A stretch of 64,000 bases of DNA from Vulcanimicrobiota bacterium. Its GTDB lineage: Bacteria > Vulcanimicrobiota > Vulcanimicrobiia > Vulcanimicrobiales > Vulcanimicrobiaceae. The translations under genes were made by a program, and so were the position numbers. Below the pieces are notes generated by a model. That model made no database searches and was not told where the DNA came from. It worked only from the letters and a program-made list of their open reading frames with translations. Position 1 is the stretch's first letter. The number at the start of each line of letters is the position of its first letter. Positions 30,752 to 39,356 of this stretch are shown piece by piece. The DNA lies in NCBI GenBank assembly GCA_963812155.1, contig CAWETW010000003.1, positions 928,001-992,000 of the forward strand, read 5' to 3'.

Positions 30752-30861
30752 GGATGGGTCGCTCCGCCCCTTGGTTTGCCCCACAACCAACCGTGCGTTA
30801 GAATGATGCGTCGTTTGGTGTGGGACCCGCGATGTACCTCGGCACTCAGGGGGCGTTGTAG

Positions 30862-31974
30862 ATGGCTGCAAGGACGGTCGGAGTTTCTCCGGTCGCGGTA
30901 ACGGGTTTCGAAGGGCTCCATCGATCGCGAAAAAAGCGCATCGAGACGCTTCTTCGGCGTTTGATTGGGCTCGTAAACGGCAAGGGCTGGGCCCTCGGTC
31001 TGTTCGACGTCGACGGCGACCTCGTCGATTACGACGTTTCGCAATCGGGAATTGGCGGGCGCTTGGCTCTCTCGCTCCTCTGCAAGGTGCCTTTTCCGGT
31101 CACTCAGGGGCCGGTCGTGCTGCAAGCCGGCGTAGTGCCGGGCGAAAACGAGCCGTGGGTGATCGGCGTTGCGACGTCTGCAGGCACCGGCCGCTCTTTT
31201 GCGTGGATCGTGCAACTGTCTTTACCTCCCGAGCCGGCTCCCGCCGAACTCGCCGACGAACTTCAGCGGCTTACGCACGAGATCGCACTCCTAATTACCG
31301 ACGCGCCGAGTCACAACGGCGAACGGCCGCGGCCGCTCGCGCGAAACGGCTTTCACGGGTTCTACCTGTTGGATCCGGAATTCCGCGTGGAGCGCGCGTG
31401 GCATACCCGCGAACCTCTATCGTGCGACTTTGCCGACCTGATCGAACCGCGCGACCATCGACTGCCTACCGTCGTCGAGCGTGCAGTGCGCCGCCTTACG
31501 GCATCCTGGAATTTCCTGAGCATCGGGGCTTGCGCGACCGGAGTCGCCTATCCGCTTCCCGATCTCATGCTGAAAGTCGTACCTATGTCTGCGATCGGGC
31601 CCGACGTCTACATCGGCGTGTTCGCGGAACAATGCGTCCCTACGCACGCGATCGAGCGTGCCGCAGCGACGTTCCGCATCTCGTCTCGCGAACGCGAAGT
31701 ACTGCACGCGTTGCTCGACGGCAACTCCATCGCCGAGATCGCCGCGACCCTCAATTTGGCCGAATCGACCGTGAACGACCACATTGCCCGCATGATATCG
31801 AAAACCAACGCGCGCAATCGAATTGAAATGGCTGCGATGCTGCTGGGTTGGCCGGACGTTGCGGAGCGCAACGCTAGCGCACCACGGAACGGACGCCCCG
31901 CCAGGTCGCGCGTACGGGTTGCGTGGCGCTATAAAATCGCCACGACGCCCGCAGGGCCCGAACCGGTCGGCTAG
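30862..31974 (+). CDS. LuxR-type HTH regulator with an unassigned N-terminal sensor region
   Basis: ISSREREVL..LLDG.SIAEIAATLNLAESTVNDHI.RM..K.NARNR. Confidence 0.82.
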   Translation: MAARTVGVSPVAVTGFEGLHRSRKKRIETLLRRLIGLVNGKGWALGLFDVDGDLVDYDVSQSGIGGRLALSLLCKVPFPVTQGPVVLQAGVVPGENEPWVIGVATSAGTGRSFAWIVQLSLPPEPAPAELADELQRLTHEIALLITDAPSHNGERPRPLARNGFHGFYLLDPEFRVERAWHTREPLSCDFADLIEPRDHRLPTVVERAVRRLTASWNFLSIGACATGVAYPLPDLMLKVVPMSAIGPDVYIGVFAEQCVPTHAIERAAATFRISSREREVLHALLDGNSIAEIAATLNLAESTVNDHIARMISKTNARNRIEMAAMLLGWPDVAERNASAPRNGRPARSRVRVAWRYKIATTPAGPEPVG

Positions 31975-32201
31975 AGCGTTAGCGCCGCCGGCGCAGATGA
32001 CAAGTTTTGACTAGGTGCGCGACGCCTGCCTTACTGCAAACGCCGCGTAAGCCATGCGAAGACCCAGGACTACGGGACCAAAAGACTCACGGGAAACCCG
32101 GGTTGTGGCGCAGCCGGCAATAGTGTCAGACTAGTTGGAGACCCGCACGACAAGCCTATCGCGGCGTCTACACTGCTTAGCAGCCGGGTGGTTTCTCTCA
32201 G

Positions 32202-32867
32202 ATGGAGTTTCTCAACAGAATGTCTGTATCAACCGCTGTATCAACCGCTGTATCAACCTTACCGCTTCGCGTGCTCGTTATCGAGAAGCAACTGCTTTTC
32301 GCCAAGGCCGTGGCTGCGGTGCTGTCGGCCGACCCGGATATCAAAGTCGTGGGTATCGCGAGCGGTCGTGATTCGGACGTTCCCAAAGATGTAGACATCG
32401 TCGTTATCGATATCGACACCGAAGAAATCGATGACGTGGTCGAGCACTATAAGGCTCGGGCCCCTGGGGCCCGCATTTGCGCGCTATCGGCCCATACCCA
32501 GGGCGAACTCATGCAGCATTGTTTGAGCGCGGGTGCCGACGCCTACATCGTAAAGGACTCATCGCTTCAAGAGCTCGTCACCGCCATAAAGACGATCGGC
32601 GAGGGCGCCAGCTACGTCGATCCGCGAGTCGCTGCATCGCTTCTGCGGCGCCGCGGTCCGTCCAACCGCTCGACGAATGAATTGTCTCCGCGCGAGCGCG
32701 AAATCATTCGTCTGATTGCCCAGGGCTTATCGAATCGAGACATCGGCCGGCGTCTGGTTCTATCGGAGAAGACGATCAAGAACCACGTAAGCCATATCTT
32801 TTCGAAGATTCATTGCACCGCGCGTTCGCAAGCGGCCGTTCACGCGATCAGGATCGGCCTCGCCTGA
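32202..32867 (+). CDS. NarL/FixJ-family response regulator (orphan; atypical receiver)
   Basis: Receiver (DIVVID, LSA, GADAYIVK) plus HTH LSPREREI...GLSNRDIG..L.LSEKTIKNHVS.IFSK. Confidence 0.92.
   Translation: MEFLNRMSVSTAVSTAVSTLPLRVLVIEKQLLFAKAVAAVLSADPDIKVVGIASGRDSDVPKDVDIVVIDIDTEEIDDVVEHYKARAPGARICALSAHTQGELMQHCLSAGADAYIVKDSSLQELVTAIKTIGEGASYVDPRVAASLLRRRGPSNRSTNELSPREREIIRLIAQGLSNRDIGRRLVLSEKTIKNHVSHIFSKIHCTARSQAAVHAIRIGLA
32224..32258 (+). repeat. 12-bp tandem repeat (CTGTATCAACCG x2.9), in frame, encoding VSTA repeats
   Basis: Directly visible: CTGTATCAACCG CTGTATCAACCG CTGTATCAACC. Confidence 0.9.
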
Positions 32868-34282
32868 TCTTGCGCCGGCAGCGAAGCGCGCGTCCGCGAA
32901 GGACGAAGAGCCGCCGCCACGGCCGTCACGAGCAGCCCTAAGAGGCCTAGCCACGCCGCCAGTTGGGGAGCAAAGGTGGGCCGGGTTAAAGCAGCTGTCG
33001 CGCGAAGATATCTCGCCCACGCAACCGGCGAAAGCTCGTCGGGCGCTGCACTAAAAGCGTGCGTCACGATTTCTCCGGCTGTCGGGCCGGGTTGGACGTG
33101 CACGAGGAGCACGACGCACAACGTCGTCGCAGCCGCGCCGATCGAGGCCACTGTAAGGCGTCGCCCTAAGCTGCCGCCGAGTACCGCAACGAGTCCTCCG
33201 AAAACGCCCGCGAAATCAAGCGCGATGGTGGTGCGCGAGATCTTCTGAGTCCATACGGCAATCAGAAGTCCCAAAGCAGCCGTACCGATAGCACGAAACA
33301 TCCGTGCCGGCACTCGCGACGCAATCGCTACGGCGGCCGGCAGAGCGATGAGAATCTGAATGTCGTGCAGGTAGACGCCAAAGAATAGAACGGCGGCTGG
33401 GGGCAGCAACGGCACGAGGATATCTTGGCGGTTGCGAGCCGAAAGCACGCCGGCTAGGACAACTCCGAAAACGGCCGCACAGGCAAACCAAATCTTTCCC
33501 AGCAGCAGTGCGAGCGGCGGCGATACGCCGGCAACGAAAAGTAGCCGGCTCAGACTGTATTGATCCGACGCAACGAGTTCGGCGTACGCCATCGACGGAA
33601 GCACCTGCGCGAAGTATTCTTTGTTTTCCGCCACGCCGAGAGCGGCGAGACTCAAAAGGGCCAACGCCGCTACGGAAACGATAACCGCAGCACGCGACCT
33701 GTGTACGAACAAGAACATTGCGACGACCGCCGGAACGCCGACGTTGGGTTGCAAGACGGCCAACGACGCTGCACACCCGGCGGCAATCCATCGATGCTTG
33801 GTCAAGAAATATGCTGCCGCGCAGATCGCCAGCATTGCAAATGGCGCGGTCTCTCCGTAAGCGACGTTGAGCAGCGTGAGCGGCGCAAAAGCAAGGAGGA
33901 TGCCGGTGGCGGAAGCGTTCGTGGGCGCGGCCAAAAAGCGGGCGCTTACGATGGCCGCCAGGGCGAGGGAAATGCAAAAGATTTCCGCAGCTAGCTTGGG
34001 CGGGAGCTTTGAAAGAATTGCGAACGGTAGCAGGACGTAACCCGGTAAGGGCGCGGGTTCCACGTAGCCTGCCGGCATCGCATCGCGTTCCAGGCCGCGT
34101 TCGCACGATCGCAACGGTTCGACGCGATAAGGATCGTGACGTTCCCGGACGGCGACGCCGGCGCAGTAGAAGGCCTTGAAGCTTTGGTGCTGCACGTCGC
34201 CTCGCGCGCCTAGCGCGAACGCCGCGAGCGTCAGCAAAAGTGAGACCGCCGCAAAGGCGGCGTTTCCGTACGATTTTCCCAC
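32840..34282 (-). CDS. GT87/DUF2029-like GT-C membrane glycosyltransferase
   Basis: F.AFYCAG......DPY, PAPLP and LQP.VG.P motifs; many TMs; GTG start 7 nt after TATGAT (ATG at 34294 also possible). Confidence 0.7.
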   Translation of the reverse strand: MGKSYGNAAFAAVSLLLTLAAFALGARGDVQHQSFKAFYCAGVAVRERHDPYRVEPLRSCERGLERDAMPAGYVEPAPLPGYVLLPFAILSKLPPKLAAEIFCISLALAAIVSARFLAAPTNASATGILLAFAPLTLLNVAYGETAPFAMLAICAAAYFLTKHRWIAAGCAASLAVLQPNVGVPAVVAMFLFVHRSRAAVIVSVAALALLSLAALGVAENKEYFAQVLPSMAYAELVASDQYSLSRLLFVAGVSPPLALLLGKIWFACAAVFGVVLAGVLSARNRQDILVPLLPPAAVLFFGVYLHDIQILIALPAAVAIASRVPARMFRAIGTAALGLLIAVWTQKISRTTIALDFAGVFGGLVAVLGGSLGRRLTVASIGAAATTLCVVLLVHVQPGPTAGEIVTHAFSAAPDELSPVAWARYLRATAALTRPTFAPQLAAWLGLLGLLVTAVAAALRPSRTRASLPAQDQARPILIA

Positions 34283-34438
34283 GACGTTCATCATAACGGC
34301 CGCTCGGCATCGCCGGCGAGAGGCCGCGGGACCATCTTGTAGTCGAACGGCTCACATTTCCGACCGGGACCTTCGGTCGGTGAATCATGGTTCGGTTTCA
34401 CGTTGGCCGAAGGCGGTTCCGAGAGTATAATCGGCCCG

Positions 34439-35956
34439 GTGACTTCAGCAAGCCGAATACCCGCAGTGAAAACGAATCGCCTTTCGATCGCCTGGATGGT
34501 GCTTGGGTTGAACCTCGTCATCACGGTTCCGCTTGCGGGCGTACTGAACATCTGGCAAGACGAAGCGTATACGCTGGAAACGACGAGCCGCGGTATCGGC
34601 TACGCGTTTGCGCAAGCCATAGGTTTCGAGCAAAACGCTCCCCTGTATTTCGTGGTCATGTCGATATGGCGGCACGCCGGCGACGGGATCTTTCTCTTGC
34701 GCCTTTTTTCGGTGCTTTGCATCGCGGGGACGGTCTTGCTTCTTCCGGGACTCGCGCGCAGGTACGTCCCTCAGGTGGACGGCGTCCTTGTCGCCGCAGT
34801 CGTCGCCTGCAACCCTTTCGTCGTTTGGGCGGCGGTCGAACTACGCGTCTACGCGTTGGTCGTGTTGATCTCGGCACTGCTGCTGCGGACGTTTTTCGAT
34901 GCCTTCATGGAGGAACATCCCGGTAAGGGGGCCGCGATTGCCTACGCCGTGTGCGTCGCCGGCGCCCTCTATACGCAGTATTATCTGGCGTTTATCGTTG
35001 CAGCACAGGGCGCAACGCTCTTGTTTTACAACCGGCGCGCGATACTGAGGTACGCGCTAGCGGGGGCGGCGGCCGCGCTCGCGTTCGTGCCGATGCTCGC
35101 GATCGTTCCGGGCCAGGTGCAGAATTTTAAAGGCATCTTCGCGCCGCCGTCGATCGCTCAGACGTGTATCACCCTCACCGGCATCGTGTTGCGGTACGTG
35201 CTGCCGCTGCCGATCTTGCATGCGAAGAATGCCTACGTAGTGTTGGTAGTCGTTGCGATTCTGGCAGCGGCCTTTGCGCGACCGTCGTTGAAAGCGATCG
35301 GAAGGAACCCAATCGTCGCCATGACGGCGTTTGCCTTTGCGTTTTTCGCCGTCGGTACGTATCTGTCGGGCGTACACGTCTTGGATCGCCACGCCGCCTC
35401 GCTCTACGTGCCCGCCACGCTTTCGATCTTTGCCGTTCTTGCGACCGTGCGCTTCGCGAACGGACGGCGCGCCGTGTTGGTGTGTTCGGCTTTGGTCATG
35501 GTCCTATCGCTGGTGACGCTCGTGGAAACCTATCGGCACCTTGCCAAGCCCGGCGACTGGGCGCGCGTCGCCGAGTATCTCCAAACTCACGAACGAAACG
35601 GCGAACCCATCGCCGTCTTCGAAGCCGAGAACGCCCTGCCGCTTGCCTACTATTACAAAGGGGCCAACCGGATCGTCCCGATACCTCACGGCGTGGATTT
35701 TCGCCGGTACGACGTTAGTCGGTTTGTGGTCGAGAATGAGGCGGAACTTCAATCGACGGTGCCGAGGGCAAGCCGGCTCTGGCTCGTGACGTCCGGCGAA
35801 TGCGCCTCCGCAAACGTACGGTTCGGCTGTAACCGGCTCGAGGAGTTCGTCGCCCAGCGTTATCGGATCGGCGCCGACCGGCAGTTCTATGGGACCCGAG
35901 TTCGCCTGATCGAGGCGATCGGGAGGCGCACGGACCACCGCCCCCTAAAAAAATAG
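34439..35956 (+). CDS. PMT/ArnT-like (GT39/GT83) GT-C glycosyltransferase
   Basis: IWQDEAYT, PLYF, LRLFSV, NPF......ELR.YAL and YTQYY; C-terminal soluble domain; GTG start 7 nt after TATAAT. Confidence 0.85.
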   Translation: MTSASRIPAVKTNRLSIAWMVLGLNLVITVPLAGVLNIWQDEAYTLETTSRGIGYAFAQAIGFEQNAPLYFVVMSIWRHAGDGIFLLRLFSVLCIAGTVLLLPGLARRYVPQVDGVLVAAVVACNPFVVWAAVELRVYALVVLISALLLRTFFDAFMEEHPGKGAAIAYAVCVAGALYTQYYLAFIVAAQGATLLFYNRRAILRYALAGAAAALAFVPMLAIVPGQVQNFKGIFAPPSIAQTCITLTGIVLRYVLPLPILHAKNAYVVLVVVAILAAAFARPSLKAIGRNPIVAMTAFAFAFFAVGTYLSGVHVLDRHAASLYVPATLSIFAVLATVRFANGRRAVLVCSALVMVLSLVTLVETYRHLAKPGDWARVAEYLQTHERNGEPIAVFEAENALPLAYYYKGANRIVPIPHGVDFRRYDVSRFVVENEAELQSTVPRASRLWLVTSGECASANVRFGCNRLEEFVAQRYRIGADRQFYGTRVRLIEAIGRRTDHRPLKK

Positions 35957-36003
35957 GCCCTTAGCGCTAGAATATTCGCGCTATTAGGAGTAAGCTGGTT
36001 TCG

Positions 36004-36023
36004 CCTGGTCAATAGGTACCAGG
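36004..36023. promoter_or_regulatory. 20-bp dyad CCTGGT-N8-ACCAGG upstream of the small peptide ORF
   Basis: Perfect 6-bp inverted arms ending 20 nt before the GTG at 36044. Confidence 0.4.
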
Positions 36024-36043
36024 TCCTTTTAGTTGCGGGAAAG

Positions 36044-36196
36044 GTGAGTTCGGTGGCGTTTTTATTCGCGGTTATCCTATTATTTACAAACATGCACCCG
36101 GCCGATACGCCGGGAGGCCCGCTCGATACGCCGGGCGGACCAATCGCCCACGCGACGGCGCCCGTTGGACCGGGAGCGTCAAGGCATCTGCATTAG
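36044..36196 (+). CDS. Small putative secreted peptide (50 aa) MSSVAFLFAVILLFTNMHPADTPGGPLDTPGGPIAHATAPVGPGASRHLH
   Basis: Hand translation; below the ORF-track cutoff; purine-rich GGGAAAG before GTG; hydrophobic core; DTPGGP twice with synonymous differences (GGA GGC CCG vs GGC GGA CCA). Confidence 0.65.
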   Translation: MSSVAFLFAVILLFTNMHPADTPGGPLDTPGGPIAHATAPVGPGASRHLH

Positions 36197-36326
36197 CGCG
36201 ACGATGTCGCTGGGTCTTTACGTTGCTCTGAAAAGGACCCCCGCTTCTCGGGTGTAACTAGCGCACCTTAACTTCGAGTGCGATCCGCGGCGCCGTTATG
36301 CATCGTGGTCAGGAGCAGTTTGCCAC

Positions 36327-37799
36327 TTGGGACCACGCGAGTTATTCAGTACGGGTGAGCTGTCCGCATGCGTTCGCGCTACCGCTCGGGCTACGTCTAC
36401 GCACGACCGAGTCCTACTTGTTCGCGCGCTGATGCGTCTGGACCGGCATCGCGAGGCACTTGAAGCGATCGCCGACACGCGCACGACGACGCTCGAGGAA
36501 GAAGCCTTTTTCCGAGCCTTAGAGGCATCGTGCCACGCCTTTCTCGGATCGGTGAATCTCGCGGCCCGGACGCTGCTCGGCATCGGGACTTACGCCTATG
36601 GCCTGGACACGCAGTACGAGATCGCCCACGCGCGCATGCTTACTTCCTGGGTCCAAGGCTCACCGGACTCGATGGAAGCCGCGCTGCGCGACGTCGACGT
36701 AAGTTCGGCGCCGCACCTTTACGGTCACTGGCTGTTCTCGCTCTCCTGGGTCGCATCGTTGCGGGGTGAATACCTCGAACAACTGCAGCTTCTCGAAGAG
36801 GCGGCCACACACGTCGCCGGCGTCCCCGAAGCGCAGGACATCAGCCTGCTGGCCAATGCGACGCGATCCATGATCCACTTGGTACGCGAAATTTCCGCGA
36901 AGCGAACGCTCGATTTTGCGATAAAGATGGCCGAATCGATCCCCTGGACGCACGATCTCGAAGTGGAACGGTTTCTAACGTTCCGCGGCCTCGCGTGGGC
37001 ACACGCACTGCGCGGCGAACACGAACGCGCCTTTCACTATGCATATTTCGCTCGCGATATCGCGCCCTCGGTAATGTGGATCACCGCCTCCTACGCAGAC
37101 CAAGCCTATCTTGCGAGAATGGCCGGCGAGAATTCGAGCGCCGATGCGCTCCTGCGCCACGCCGTGGCCTGCGCGCGCGAAACCGATTGGTCAACGATGG
37201 GCGAAGAGCGCGTGGCACTGCTGAACCTGATCGAACTCCTTTCCGACCAAGACGTGGAGACTGGAAAGGCGCTGCTCGCAATCTACGATGGGATCCCGAT
37301 GCGGCTGTCGTCACGCTTCGCACTTTCGCGCGATTGCCGGCTCCGTGCGATGGAAGAGTACGCGCGCGGTACTATTCTCGCCGTCTCCGGCGATCAAAAT
37401 TCCGCGATCGATCTCTTGATTAGCGCTTATTCGACGTTCCAATCGATTCACTACGCATGGCGGGCGGCCGCCGCGGCCCTGCGGCTCCATGCGATTACCG
37501 ACGATTCTTCTTGGATGCTGCGCGCTCGCGACGCGGTCGAGGCGTTTCCGGAGAGCTCGGTCGCGGATCAAATTCGCAAGACCGCATCGGTTGCCGAAGA
37601 CGAGCGCATTGCCTCGCTCACTCCGGCGCAGCGGCGGGTGTTCGGGCTCATCTGCGAAGGTCTCACCGACAAGCAGGTGGCTCAAACCCTGGGCATCTCT
37701 CCCGAGACGGCCAAAAACCACGCCGCCCGCGTTCGGGCTGCGTTTGGAGTTCACTCCCGAGCCGCGCTCATTGCCGCCGTTCACCGCGAGGCGGTCTAA
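36327..37799 (+). CDS. LuxR-type HTH regulator with a long alpha-helical (TPR-like) N-terminal region
   Basis: AGGAG upstream; Ala/Leu-rich helical segments; C-terminal LTPAQRRVF.LICEGLTDKQVAQTLGISPETAKNH..RV...FGVHSRAAL. Confidence 0.85.
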   Translation: MGPRELFSTGELSACVRATARATSTHDRVLLVRALMRLDRHREALEAIADTRTTTLEEEAFFRALEASCHAFLGSVNLAARTLLGIGTYAYGLDTQYEIAHARMLTSWVQGSPDSMEAALRDVDVSSAPHLYGHWLFSLSWVASLRGEYLEQLQLLEEAATHVAGVPEAQDISLLANATRSMIHLVREISAKRTLDFAIKMAESIPWTHDLEVERFLTFRGLAWAHALRGEHERAFHYAYFARDIAPSVMWITASYADQAYLARMAGENSSADALLRHAVACARETDWSTMGEERVALLNLIELLSDQDVETGKALLAIYDGIPMRLSSRFALSRDCRLRAMEEYARGTILAVSGDQNSAIDLLISAYSTFQSIHYAWRAAAAALRLHAITDDSSWMLRARDAVEAFPESSVADQIRKTASVAEDERIASLTPAQRRVFGLICEGLTDKQVAQTLGISPETAKNHAARVRAAFGVHSRAALIAAVHREAV

Positions 37800-37906
37800 G
37801 CAGGCTTCGCCTGCCCTTTCGCCCCCTAGCCCGAAGGACTCCCGGACCAGAGGTGCTGCGCCTGCCGGGACTTCTGGTTGGCGCGGCGTCGCGTTACCAT
37901 CGAACC

Positions 37907-38818
37907 ATGGGCCGAGCTCTCGCCATCGCTACCTTTTCGCTGCTGTGCGCTATCGGCGCGCAGGCGGCGTTTGCCGGCGGCGCCGCTGCCGCAGTTGCCT
38001 CTCAAACGGTCATTCACCCCGGCGATCAGCTTGGCGTCCTCGTTTTCGGGGATCAATCCCTTACGCAAAACGTCATGGTGCTTTCAGACGGAACGATCGA
38101 GTTTCCGCTGGTGGGACGCCTCGCGGTCGCTGGAAAAACTCCGACCGCGGCAGCGACACTGCTCGCGGAGCGGCTGGCCCGCTACGTGCGTCATCCCGTC
38201 ATTACTATTTCGATCGCCCAACTCGGCCAGCCCAACGTGCTCGTTCTCGGCGAAGTGAAATCGCCGGGCAAGTATCAGCTTCGCTCGGAAGCAAAGCTCA
38301 CCGATGCAATCGCGGCGGCCGGCGGCATCGCCGATAGCAACGGTGCCTTTCCGGAAGCGCGCGTTGCCGATGCGACGGGTAAGGTGACGCTCGTTTCTCT
38401 CCAGAGTCTTCTTCAACGCGGCGATACCTCGCTCGACATACCGCTTGCGGAGGGTTCGGTCGTATACGTGCCCGGTCCGATACGCTTTACCGTCAGCGTT
38501 GCGGGCGCCGTCGATCATCCGGGCGACGTTCAAGTGAACGAAGGCGACCGTCTTTCGATGGTGATCGCCAAAGCCGGAAACAGCCAAAACGCCCAGGCCG
38601 ACCTCAACCACATTCACCTGATTCGCATGGGACCAGACGGCAAACAAACGACCACAGAGGTCAACCTCTACCTCGTCCTCAAGGGCGCCGACCCGAGCGC
38701 GGACGTCGCGCTGGAGAAGGGTGACGTCGTCTACGTGCCCCAGGGCGTTCGACACTCGGATATATTCTCTGGGATCGGCAGCGGCCTACTCTACGTGCTC
38801 ACTCACTTCATCCCGTAG
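37907..38818 (+). CDS. Polysaccharide export protein (Wza/Poly_export plus SLBB domains)
   Basis: Signal peptide; IHPGDQL.V.VFG, DGTI.FPLVG...AGKT, V.VLGEV.SPG.Y, DAIAAAGG and GDVVYVP. Confidence 0.9.
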   Translation: MGRALAIATFSLLCAIGAQAAFAGGAAAAVASQTVIHPGDQLGVLVFGDQSLTQNVMVLSDGTIEFPLVGRLAVAGKTPTAAATLLAERLARYVRHPVITISIAQLGQPNVLVLGEVKSPGKYQLRSEAKLTDAIAAAGGIADSNGAFPEARVADATGKVTLVSLQSLLQRGDTSLDIPLAEGSVVYVPGPIRFTVSVAGAVDHPGDVQVNEGDRLSMVIAKAGNSQNAQADLNHIHLIRMGPDGKQTTTEVNLYLVLKGADPSADVALEKGDVVYVPQGVRHSDIFSGIGSGLLYVLTHFIP

Positions 38819-39046
38819 TCCCCTGGACAGTGCGTCCTGCCGCGTAGTTTTACGCTCTCGGCTGGTTAATCGCGGCCAAGACAAGGGGACAAACCGATGC
38901 ATGGCAAGGGGCCTCGCAAAAAAGACATCGCCACGCTTCATTGGGGCACCCCAAGCATCCGCAGTGCGACGGTCCCGACGTCCATACCGGGTTCGATCTC
39001 GGCCAGGGTTTCCACGTCTACGGTTGCCATTGGGAACCCAATGCCG

Positions 39047-39244
39047 TGTAAAATTCGACGGAACGTTAGCGCACAACGCCGTAGCTTGAGCGGGCGTTGG
39101 GAGGCGATAGGTGGTGGCATTCAATTCCACGGTGTCGAATCGTTCGGCATAGAATTCGAGCCAACGGCGCTGCGCTACGCCCGCGGGATAAAATCGCCCG
39201 CGCCAGTCGCCGTATACCCAGCCGCTCGTTCCGATGCGAATCAC
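39047..39244 (-). pseudogene. 5' fragment of a DUF72 (YecE-like) gene
   Basis: IRIGTSGW.Y.DW.G.FYP....RWLEFYAERFDTVELNATTYRLP; family-like sequence stops after about 66 codons. Confidence 0.8.
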
Positions 39245-39263
39245 CGTGACGATATACCCGCTC

Positions 39264-39329
39264 GTCCTTCGACTTTGCGTGCCTTCGACTCGCTTCGCTC
39301 CCTCAGGGGCGCTCCGCTCGGCGTGACAC
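39264..39329. repeat. Nested REP-like palindromic element
   Basis: Two CCTTCGACT starts (39266, 39282), inner end CTCAGG and outer end GCTCGGCGTGACAC; same termini as the element at 50001. Confidence 0.6.
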
Positions 39330-39356
39330 AAAGGGTCTGCGTTCGGGATGACCCGG

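Noticed and set aside
10740..39330. EPS island as an integrative mobile element
   Set aside because: No integrase, transposase, tRNA or flanking direct repeats recognised; reported only as a probable acquired region.
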